NCBI RefSeq assembly: GCF_035084215.1
Contig: NC_090340.1
Span: 5,518,001 to 5,582,000, forward strand
Direction: 5' to 3'
Length of the DNA: 64,000 bases
Source: Heptranchias perlo
Taxonomy: Eukaryota
The notes under the pieces: model-generated
What the model saw: only the letters and a program-made list of their open reading frames with translations
Told to the model about the DNA's origin: nothing
Database searches by the model: none
Program-made: the position numbers and the translations under genes
Shown here: piece by piece, positions 49,770-60,026 of the stretch
Layout: each line of letters starts with the position of its first letter
Position numbering within the stretch: the first letter of the stretch is position 1

Positions 49770-49824
49770 ATGTTTGTGAGTGCGTTACTTTGGAGCATGT
49801 GTTTCTTGAGCATATTGTATCCAG
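49770..49824 (+). CDS. SIRP-like V-C1 inhibitory receptor, coding exon 1 (signal peptide)
   Basis: ATG..MFVSALLWSMCFLSILYP G|gtagac; 55 nt, phase 1, joins in frame to the V exon. Confidence 0.75.
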
Positions 49825-50162
49825 GTAGACTTTTTTATTGTTATAAATTAACTGTCGCTGATCAAGAAACAGCACATAAAGTCGATCTTATAGTTGATGT
49901 GCAATTGGCTATTGTTTGTTGCTAGTTTAATTTGATTTAATTCTTATCACGTCATGTGTTCCTTGCCGCTGGGAGAAAACAGGATGAGAAAGTTGCTGTA
50001 ATTCATGATAATTCAATGAGGAAACACATCCAGGATCTGGAGAATAATTCTGATAGTTAGATATATTCAATTACAAATATATCTATGGACGGGACGCGCA
50101 ATGTTAATTTGATGGTGCAGATCATCTTTCCTATACATTAATTATATAACTTTTCTTGATAG

Positions 50163-50474
50163 TTGCTGTGGACAATTCTGGCAAGGTAACTCCTGGCATT
50201 GTACAAAAGAAGGCGCTTAGAGGTACAAAACTTATCTTGCAATGCCCTTTCCCCTTCGACCTCGATCATTCAAGCGTGACCGTTTACTGGTTGAGGCAGG
50301 ATAACGATGCCTTCCTGGAAGAAGATAACAGAAAACAGTTTCAAGTAAAGAAAGGCGGCGCCTATCTTCACCTCCTGAATGTGACTATCCTGGACTCCGG
50401 AATTTATCAGTGTGTAGTCAAAGATAAGGATCTAACGGTTGGAAAAGAAACTCGTGTACAAGTTGTTGTATATG
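50163..50474 (+). CDS. SIRP-like receptor exon 2, Ig V(J)-type domain
   Basis: ttttcttgatag | ... | gtaagt, 312 nt, phase 1-1. LILQC, VYWLRQ, AYLHLLNV, DSGIYQC, J-like VGKETRVQV. Confidence 0.95.
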
Positions 50475-50550
50475 GTAAGTGGCAGTGGAACTGGAAGCGT
50501 GACGGGTTCAGCTGCTGTCGAAACTCATCATCATTTTTCAATCCTCTCTG

Positions 50551-51845
50551 GATACAGGTTTGATGCCGGAGGATTGGAGGACTGCAAATATTTTCCATTG
50601 TTTAAAAAGGGAGCGAGGGATAGACCGAGTAATCACAGGACAGTTAGTCTAACCTCGGTGGTTGGCAAATTATTGGAATGAATTCTGCGGGACAGGATAA
50701 ACCGTCACTTAGGAAGGCGCGGAGTAATCAAGGACAGTCAGCATTGGTTTATTAAGGGAATGTCGGCGTCTGACTAAATTGATTGAATTTTTTGAGGAGG
50801 TAATAAGGAGGGTCGATGAAGGTAGTGCTTTTGTGTAGTCTATATGGATTTTAGCAAGCTTTTGACAAGTTCCCACATGGCAGTTTGGTCAATAAATTAA
50901 AAGCACATATGATCCAAAAGAGCATGGAAAGTTGGATCCAAAATTGGCTCACTGGCCGTAGGCAAATGGTAATGGTCGACAGGTGTTTTTGAGACTGGAA
51001 GGCTGTTTCCAGTGGGGTTTCGCAGCGCTCAGTTCTAGGTCCCTTGTTTTTTATGATGTATGTTTATGATTTGGACTTAAATGTAGGGTGCATGATTAGA
51101 AGGTTGCTGATGATACAAAAATTGGCCGTGTGGTTGATAGTGAGGAGGAAAGCTGTAGGCTGCATGAAGATACCAATGGACCAGTCAGGTTAGCAGAAAA
51201 GCGGCAAATTGAATTCAATCCGGAGAAGTGTGGGTTAATGCATTTAGGCCAGGCAAACAAGACAAGGGAGCATATTGGTTAGGCACAGCTTGAGTACTCT
51301 GTACAGTTCTGGTCACCACATTACAGGAAGGATGTAATTGCACTGGGAAGGGTACAGAGGAAATTGAGGATGATGTTGCCTGGACTGGAGAATTTTAGCT
51401 GTGAGGAAAGATTGGACAGGCTGGGGTTGTTTTCCTTGGAACAAAGGAGGCTGAGGGGTGATTTAATTGAGGTGTACAAAATAATGAGGAGCTCAGATGG
51501 GGTGGATAGGAAGGACCTATTTCCCTTAGCAGAGGGGTAAATAACCAGGGGATGTAGATTTAAAGTGATTGGTGCAAGGATTAGAGGGGAGCTGAGGAAT
51601 TTCTTTCTCACGCAAAGGGCGGTAGGGGTCTGGAAGTTACTGCCTGAAAGGGTGGTAGAGGCAGAAACCTTCAACTCATTTAAAAAGTACCTGGATATGC
51701 ACCTGAAATGCCGTGACTTACAAGGTTACGGACCAAGTGCTCGAAAGTGGGACGAGGCTGGGTGGATCATTTTCGTCCGGCGCATTCACGATGGGCCGAA
51801 TGGCCTCTTTAAGTGCCGTAAATGTTCTATGTTTGTATGATTCTA
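50551..51845 (+). mobile_element. Degenerate CR1 in the V-C1 intron
   Basis: RT remnants and ttctatgtttgtatgattcta tail; similar to 46093-47392. Confidence 0.85.
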
Positions 51846-52658
51846 CATTCATACTGCATTTAACAAGGAATTCAATAAAGAAATGCCCTGTCCATAAAAC
51901 AGTCCAGCTTTCTAATTGTTGATAACGACACCTGCTCAAAAATAAGGAAAATGTTCCAGTTCCAGAATCTCTGCAAAATGTGCCAACTGACCTATATCAT
52001 CACTTGTGATCTTATTTTATATTTATCAAAGAACGTGAATTCAAGGCTGGGAACTAACAAGCTTCTTTTCAATATTAGCACTGTCAGGATGAAATGTCCT
52101 GGGGTCACATGCAATTTTATACATGTTTAAAGAATCTATTTGGAAAGAAGAGGATAGAAAAGTAAATTCCCATTCCCATGATTTATACGACACGATTGCA
52201 TTTTCTCCAATCCAGATAAAATTCCTGAACCGCCATTCGGTGGAACTGGCGAGACGCATATGATAAAGCCGGTCCCGTAGTTCAGACCGAGGGTCGAACT
52301 CGATCCTTTCTGTTCAGAAGAAGACAATGTTCTCTATGTAACAACAGAACGCGAACTGTTTTAGTGCAACAGTTTAAGCGCAGCATGCCGATTGGAACAC
52401 ATTGATAAGTATGAAAAGAGACCCAATGTTGAAAATATTTTTGTGAAATATAACAGTGATACGTCAATGGTGTAGAAGAGGAAGTTCGGAAAATTATTTC
52501 TCTAAATACAATGAAGAAAGGTTTAGATTAGGCTTCAATCAGGATAAATAATGATTTTCGGGACAACTACGATGCCCGACACATCATAAAAACAAAGCGT
52601 GGATATCGTGTACAGGTCAGACATTTTGCTTTACCTCTTTTTGCTCTTTTCCGTTTAG

Positions 52659-52964
52659 CTGCCCCCGTTCCTCTTAAAATTGTCTCCACAACATCTGAAG
52701 GGGCTTCATCTGGTTTTCTGAGACTCCAGTGCAGAACGGCTGCTTTTTATCCGAAGGACTTCAACCTCACCTGGTTTAAAAACGGCACTGAAATTGTGAC
52801 AGGATTTAAAACTGAACAACTTGCAAAGACAGAGGGACTGTATGAAGTTATCAGCTCCTTAGAAGTAACACAACCAATCCAGCGCGGCACAGTTTACACC
52901 TGTCAAGTGTATCACCTTGCAATCTCGATTCCAGCAATTGCCAACTACACCGTTGCTAACGAAG
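52659..52964 (+). CDS. SIRP-like receptor exon 3, Ig C1-set domain
   Basis: Long pyrimidine tract + ttag | ... G | gtaaaa, 306 nt, phase 1-1. LQCRTAAFYPKDFNLTWFKNG ... GLYEV.S.L ... YTCQVYH (Ig/MHC [FY]xCx[VA]xH signature). Confidence 0.95.
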
Positions 52965-53960
52965 GTAAAATTACAGTACACGCAGTATTTTTAATCGATT
53001 TCTGAGTTCCTTCCCCCAGTAATCGAGTTCCGTCGAGTTTCCATTGCAGATAATGGATAAATACAAGAATATGTGGGAAGAGCTTACTACAGTTGTTTGC
53101 ATGCTATTCTATCACTTCAGAAGTCTGGTTTCACTCCAGCTCCCATTGAAGGTTCCTTTTTCTCTTGGGTGTATGGATGTGATGAGAATTAAGTTGGACG
53201 CAAGCAACTTAACCATGAGTGGACACCAGCCCTCAGCACAGTTTCCATAATTTATGTTAACTGGCATAATATTGCCAGTTCACGAAGAGAGGGCACGGTG
53301 AGAGTTGATGCCGGAAATCGAACCATGCGTCATGGGGATAGGACTTGTTAGTAATGGATGGAGTGGGGCAATTGAAGATTTTCACATCCCCGCAGCCAAG
53401 GAGCAATCTGAGGTCAGTCCCCGCATCATCCAAAGCATAGTGCGGCTCCCTCGACACTGCACCAAATGTGGAGTAAGAATTACTTTGGTCCCTCTTGTGG
53501 AAAGATAGATAAAACCTTCGTGAAGATTTGCTCCGAAAGGCAGTTCCAGCGAATTTGTGAATCCGCCCCATTGTATTTAAGAGTTCAAACTAAACACTGA
53601 TAAGGGAAAACACCCAAAACGAACGTAATATTTTCCAACATGTCGCGACCACATGAATTCTTATCCCAATGAGCATTACTTGCATCAATTAGTCAAGGAT
53701 CATTCAGTGTGGTTCGGTTCCCCTAATTTCGCATTGCTGCTAATTATCTAAATAACGCGGTACTTCAAAATCTTTGTTGCCGATTTCAAACAAATCAGCT
53801 GAATAGAGATTTAATGCGATGGGCTTGCTAAGACTGTATGTACTGTATTAATTTATTCTCATATGAGTATCTTTGTAAATGATATTTGTAATGTTTAAAC
53901 CTGTATTTATAATTTTTACATTCCACAGATACTAATTTTCATTTGGTATCAATCTCATAG

Positions 53961-54074
53961 ATTTTGCCTCTGCGATCGGTGTTATTCTGATCGCTGGATG
54001 TGCCGGGGGTGCAGTGCTAATTCTGCTATTGACCATTATGACTGTGAAGGGCCTTCAATTCATTACATCCAAAG
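53961..54074 (+). CDS. SIRP-like receptor exon 4, transmembrane
   Basis: aatctcatag | ... G | gtagga, 114 nt, phase 1-1: DFASAIGVILIAGCAGGAVLILLLTIMTVKGLQFITSK. Confidence 0.88.
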
Positions 54075-54581
54075 GTAGGAGCCATCCCAACCTTCGAGAG
54101 CATTAACTTTCTGACAGCGCATTATAACATAGGATTTAAATTAGAAATGAATGGTATTAATCAACTTTTCCACGCAGGTAGAGGCTGACAGGACTGATTA
54201 GAGTTAGCATCATTGGTAGCCACGCGACGCAGTGGTACAGCCATGGACTCATGTTAAAGTGTTTCTGAACGTACATCCCCAGATGTGTTTGATCATAACG
54301 TGACCTTAGCAGGCGGTAGCTGGAGTTTTCTATACCCTGTTGGGGTAGGTCTAGATCCAGTGCAGTGAATATCTTGGATGCAATGATGTTTGCACAACTT
54401 CATCACTAGCGACATAGTACAATCCAACGGGCGTCTTTAACATTCTGGAAATACATCGCGATACTTGACTTCCTATTAAAACCTGCCAACTATTCTAATT
54501 ACATTTGATTTCGTGATTCTGGTGATAAACCAAAATATTGCCCAATTCATGGCGATTCGTTTCAATTTTATTTCCTAACAG

Positions 54582-54625
54582 GCGCAAAGAGGATTTCAGT
54601 GAATACTGCTCGGCATGAAGGTCGG
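54582..54625 (+). CDS. SIRP-like receptor exon 5, juxtamembrane cytoplasmic
   Basis: ttttatttcctaacag | ... | gtaagt, 44 nt, phase 1 to 0: GAKRISVNTARHEGR. It supplies exactly the phase change the next exon needs. Confidence 0.85.
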
Positions 54626-55311
54626 GTAAGTTCACCTTATTTTTCTCTATATTTTGTTTCTCAAGTAAGCTAAAGGTCTCAGATTTTGCACTCAAATAGG
54701 GACACGTTAAGAATGCTTTTTCCCTGGATTTATTCTACATGTCTCGCCGTTCTGCTAAAAGCATCGACATATAGAATAATGAAAGAAGCGTTTAGAAACT
54801 CTCACATCAAGTTTAAGTGGACATATATAAAGTTCACTTTGAACTATCTTATTAAAAGTAGCCATAAAATTTTACAGGACAAACCTTAGCATTCGAGAGC
54901 ATTGCAGGACGTTGTTCGTTCCTTCATGTTAAGTATGTGATAGCGTTGAGAAGCAAACTCCCAACATTGATCCTTGTTCAATTGATAACATATCTCCGCA
55001 GTAGATTTGCAACTTCCTAAACAGTTAATTATTGTTACCTTATTCCAACCTCGCCTTTTTACACTCCTCACAATCAACCCATCCCGTCCTTTTTGCCCGA
55101 TGACATAACTTGGAATCTCCCATGTGACCGAATCCAAAGGGTATATGTGGTGCAACCAATCTGCGGTTACCTTTCACAAGCTACCAGCCTCAAACATCAA
55201 TATTTACACGCGGTTCTTGCCACAAATGGTGGCGTGAAATCTGGAAAACGGAGAGTTGGTGTTAGAACACACATTTTTTCGTTATTCATTCTCGGGATCA
55301 GTGTATCATTT

Positions 55312-56852
55312 TTTGTATTCGTTCATGGGATGTGGGCTTCACTGGCGAGGCCGGCATTTATTGCCCATCCCGAATTGCCCTTGAGAGCGTGGAGGTGAGC
55401 CGCCTTCTTGAACCGCTGCATTCCGTGTGGTGACGTTTCTCCCACAGTGCTGTTAGGAAGCGAGTTCCAGGATTTTGACCCAGCGACGATGAAGGAACGG
55501 CGATATATTTCCAAGTCGGGATGGTGTGTGACTTGGAGGGGAACATGCAGGTGGTGTTGTTCCCATGAGCATGCTGCTCTTGTCCTTCTAGGTGGTAGAG
55601 GTCGTCGGTTTGGGAGGTGCTGTCGAAGAAGCCTTGGCGAGTTGCTGCAGTGCATCCTGTGGATGGTACACACTGCAGCTACTGTGCGCCGGTGGTGAAG
55701 GGAGTGAATGTTTCGGGTGGTGGATTGGGTGCCAATCAAGCTTTGTCCTGGATGGTGTCGAGCTTCTTGAGTGTTGTTGGAGCAGCACTCATCCAGGCAA
55801 TTGGAGAGTATTCCATCACACTCCTGACTTGTGCCTTGTAGATGGATGAAAGGCTTTGGGGAGTCAGGAGATGAGTCACTTGCCACAGAATACCCAGCCT
55901 CTGACCTGCTCTTGTAGTCACAGCATTTATATGGCTGGTCCAGTTAAGTTTCTGGTCAATGATGACCCCCAGGATGTTGATGATGGAGAATTCGGCGATG
56001 GTAATGCCGTTGAATGTCAAGGGGAGGTGGTTAGACTCTTTTTTGTTGGAGATGGTCATTGTCTGGCACCTGTCTGGTGCGAATGTTGCTTGCCAATTGT
56101 GAGCCCAAGCCTGGATGTTGTCCAGGACTTGCTGCATGCGGGCTCGGACTGCTTCATTATCTGAGGGGTTGCGAATGGAACTGAACACTGTGCAATCATC
56201 AGCGAACATCTCCATTTCTGACCTTATGATGGAGGGAAGCTCATTGATGAAGCAGCTGAAGATGGTTGGGCCTAGGCCCCTTCCTTGAGGAACTCCTGCA
56301 GCAATGTTCTGGGGCTCAGATGATTGGCCTCCAACAACGACTACCATCTTCCTTTGTGACTTCAGCCACTGGAGAGTTTTCGCTCTGATTCCACTTGACT
56401 TCAATTTTACTCGGGCTCCTTGGTCCCACATTCGGTCAAATGCTGCCTTGATATCAAGGGCAGTCACTCTCACCTCACCTCTGGAATTGAGCTCTTTTGT
56501 CCATGTTTGGACCAAGGCTGTAATGAGGTCTGGAGCCGAGTGGTCCTGGCGGAACCCAAACTGAGCATCCGTGAGCAAGTTATTGGTGAGTAAGTGACGC
56601 TTGATAGCGCTGTCGGTGACACCTTCCATCACTTTTCTGATGATCGAGAGTAGACTGATGGTGCGGTAATTGGCCGGATTGGATTTATCCTGCTTTTTGT
56701 GAAGTGGACATACCTGGGCAATTTTACACATTGTCAGGCAGATGCCAGTGTTTTAACTGTACTGGAACAGCTCGGCTCGAGGCGCAGCTAATACTGGAGA
56801 ACAAGTCTTCAGCTCCACAGCCGGTATGTTGTCGGGTCCCATCGCCTTTGCA
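55312..56852 (-). mobile_element. Family B LINE, 5'-truncated, in the cytoplasmic intron
   Basis: 331-aa RT ORF 55736-56731 (ALDIKAAFDR, GVPQG, FADDCT) plus family tail. Confidence 0.92.
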
Positions 56853-57225
56853 AGGATTATTGCCCATCTGTAGTTGCCCTGAAAAGGTGCTGGTTGGCCT
56901 TTCTCTTGAACTGCTGACAGAGGTTTGATGCAATTATGTGACTTGCTACGCCAATTCAGAGGACAATTTAGAGTCAACCACTTTGGTGTGGGACTGGAGT
57001 CACAAATAGGTGAAACCGGGTAAGGACAGCAGGTTTCCTTCACTAAAGGAGATCATAGAATCAGTTGGATTTTTACGACAATCGAACAACTTCATGGTCA
57101 CTGTCACGGACACGAGCTTTTTTTATTTCCAAATATTTTAAACTGAATTCAAATTTTCAAACTACCATTTGAACTCACCTGCTCAGACATTTAGCCCAGG
57201 CCCATGGATCGGATGACTAATGTTG
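56853..57225 (-). mobile_element. Older copy of the family B-related SINE
   Basis: Reverse complement shows gagttcaaat, gaccatgaag, attgtcgtaaaaatcc, cctttagtgaaggaaacctgc and the tail gatgggcaataa. Confidence 0.75.
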
Positions 57226-58469
57226 AAAAAAATATCTCTGCAATTAAGTGTGCAGCCCCATGTTAGGAGTAATTTGAAATTGATTTCTTCCTTTCTTAGA
57301 AATATTGGGTCACATGAGATATTTCCTCTGCTCAGGGCCATTCGTCTCTCTCCTAAGCCGACATTATGGCCCCTACGGCCTGCAAAGCAATATCTAATGA
57401 TAATGTCACCAAGGGGGTATAACAATAAGACCCGTCCTTTGTGTGCATTGTATACTGTAATCCGACACATGCCCACATGTGCTTTCCTCCTAGCTTCCGC
57501 ATAATAACGATTCTGCTGAGTCCAGGTCAATTAAATTGCAACTAGCTATTTCATTTGATGTGATATATATGAATCTAAAGATTGCGTTTATCATAACGAG
57601 ATGGACCAATTTTCTATCACCAATACTATATTATGAAACGTTTAACCATTTTATTGGCCGACTGCCTTGAATTTCCTTTCCTGGATGTTAGAACCGAAAA
57701 TGTATCCATTCCCATTCCCATTCTGCGGATGTTGTTCCGCTCAAATTTATTATCACTCTCTTTAGAATGTGCCTGAATATAAATTGGGAATAAATTAGCG
57801 GAAACAATTGGAGCCCAATGAAAGCACCGAACTGACACCGTATAGTCTTTCTATAAGTATGAAAGTTAAGGTTTCAACTCATTCAACAATCAAAAGCACT
57901 CAGTTTTATGTAACGCGCGTTGGGGCGTCCCGTTGTTGTGTAAGGCGCTATGTAAATGCAATTATTTCCTATTACTATATTAAGGAATATGAGGCATCGT
58001 GTTTAAGAACCTGAAATCTTTAAAGTGACCTATATTTATGCCGTAAATCGCATGAAATGAAATATAAAACATGATATCGGTCTCAGTCAGCATACATAAA
58101 ATAAAACGCTCATAAAACTGCAATAAAACACCAGAAAAAAATGATTTGCGTATAAGGCCCTGTTACGTATGATTTGGGGCCATTATTAAGGTGGGAGTTG
58201 CGTTCAGTGGGAGGTATCGATTGACATCCGTAAACGGTCGAAGAGATTTCGGCGTATTTTAGTTAGATACATAATTCACGTATGCCCAATTTCTGCGATC
58301 TTCTAAGCATATAATTAATTTGCGCGTCATTGTTTACGTGTGGCTCTTGGTATCAAGTTCAGAGGAAATTCAAGCCGTCGACTGTAACTTCGACAGAGAC
58401 CTGGAAAAGATTATGTAAAATGTGTGTGCACGCATCTTCCTCACAAATTACGCCACTTCTAGCTCTACG

Positions 58470-58880
58470 TTCATTTAGCACACTTATCTAGAGTCAGCAG
58501 GTCATGGATTGAAGCATCATTGCAGGAGCTGATCCTATAACGTAGGTTGATGTTCACGTGCAGTGCTCAGATGAGACGAGAAACCAAGGCTCCCTACACT
58601 TTATCAGGTACATGTGGAATATCCCATAATAAGATTTGAAGAACATTAGCCAAGATGTCCTGATGTCCTGGCCCAACACTGATACTTCACCCAACAGCAG
58701 CGACACAGATTGACTGGTCATTTATTTCATTGGTATTTGCGCGAATATGCTGTGCAAAAATTGAATACCACATTTCCCTATATAAAAACAATATCTATGT
58801 TATAGAAATAATTTATTTGCAATGAAACGCTTCGGAAGATCCAGAGTACCTCGACGCCTCCATGCAAATATATTTTCTTA
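58470..58880 (+). mobile_element. Degraded Deu-domain SINE (SacSINE1/AmnSINE1-like)
   Basis: cagatgagacg..aaaccaaggc, tttgaagaa, tgtcctggcc, cagattgactggtcatt, tgctgtgcaaaaattg resemble the DeuSINE core (recognised from memory, not searched). Confidence 0.6.
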
Positions 58881-59642
58881 TTCCTCTGCCCCTCCAAACT
58901 TCGCTTATCGAGGATTAGCTTGTAGAGGTGACATTTAAAACGATCACGTTCCCCTTGTGTTGCGGGCCATATTTATTTAACTGATTATCACTGTCAGAAT
59001 GTATTTAATTGTTTCTTTACTATAATTGATTGATTAATGTTTCCATTTAGCAATCACATAGGAGGGTCTCCATTTATTTTCCAGTTGCTGCATCCTGCAC
59101 GCTAGACTAAGGACGAGCCGATTGATTTATGTGCCTCAATTTATTTATTGTTTTATCCTGAAGAAGGCGACCTGAGATCCATTAGTTGTATTAATATTTA
59201 CAAAGTAATTTCACACCAAATTGAAGCTTGGCTTATTAATTATAGAACATACCGCATTCTGAATTTAGAACACTGTAGTAATGAAGGAGAATGTCATATA
59301 TCCGAATAAACATGTTCCATTATTTCGCACTGACGCGAAACAGTTTATATTCCAGGAGAGCGAATAGTTGCATAGGTTCTCATCTAACTTTCAAAATGTT
59401 ACAAATTAATGTTTATTACGTTCTGAGCAGTTTAGCATTTTCTAATTAAGGGATATCTCCATAATGTTCCCTGGTGAGCTGTACATTGGAGAGAGAAATA
59501 GTAAACGATGTTAAGAGTCTACAGAGCTAATAGTGACGCAAATGCGACCAAGTTGCCTCAATTATCTATTATATGCAAAGGCTTCTTAATTTTGAAACTT
59601 CAGAAAAAGCAACCTAATGAATGGTAAACATTGATTTTCTAG

Positions 59643-59753
59643 AAAGAACCAGGGACAGCTGAGGACAAGCTGATGTACGCGGCTCTGGATGTAATTGCCT
59701 CCAAAAAAACCGCAAGACCTAAACAACAGGAAGAGAGTACAGTGTATGCAAAG
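59643..59753 (+). CDS. SIRP-like receptor exon 6, ITIM exon A
   Basis: ttgattttctag | ... AAG | gtacag, 111 nt, phase 0-0: KEPGTAEDKLMYAALDVIASKKTARPKQQEESTVYAK. Confidence 0.88.
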
Positions 59754-59897
59754 GTACAGCTGAGTCCTCATGTGCAAACAATAATCATGTAAATCAGAAT
59801 AGCGTTGGTTTGGGTTGATACTGACAATTAATTTGAAGTAATTTTCAGGTTTTTTTGTAGAAAAATGAAAACATTGTTCTCAATGTTTGTTTTACAG

Positions 59898-60026
59898 ACC
59901 AAACAGAGCGGTGCTGATAGCAAACTGACCTACGCTACTCTGAATTTGACTGCTTCCAAGAAAATATCGAAATCTAAACATAACGACACAAGTCTAGTAT
60001 ACGCAGCAGTGAAGACCAGCAGATAA
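59898..60026 (+). CDS. SIRP-like receptor exon 7, ITIM exon B and stop
   Basis: tgtttgttttacag | TKQSGADSKLTYATLNLTASKKISKSKHNDTSLVYAAVKTSR*. Confidence 0.9.
   Translation, partial: TKQSGADSKLTYATLNLTASKKISKSKHNDTSLVYAAVKTSR

Noticed and set aside
49560-49925. 121-aa ORF as a standalone gene
   Set aside because: Only 49770-49824 has a recognisable role (leader); the rest is likely UTR and intron, though an in-frame ATG at 49617 exists.
50475-50563. C-terminal extension of ORF 50156-50563 (GKWQWNWK...)
   Set aside because: Read-through past a consensus gtaagt donor; the ORF's TTG start is also intronic.
50100-53000. Rearranging Ig/TCR locus
   Set aside because: No heptamer/nonamer RSS seen next to the V exon, the J-like strand is already joined, and the tail has ITIMs.
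52965-53960. A second C1 exon as in canonical SIRP
   Set aside because: No Cys-Trp-Cys Ig pattern with splice sites found by eye in this intron or in the non-LINE part of the V-C1 intron.
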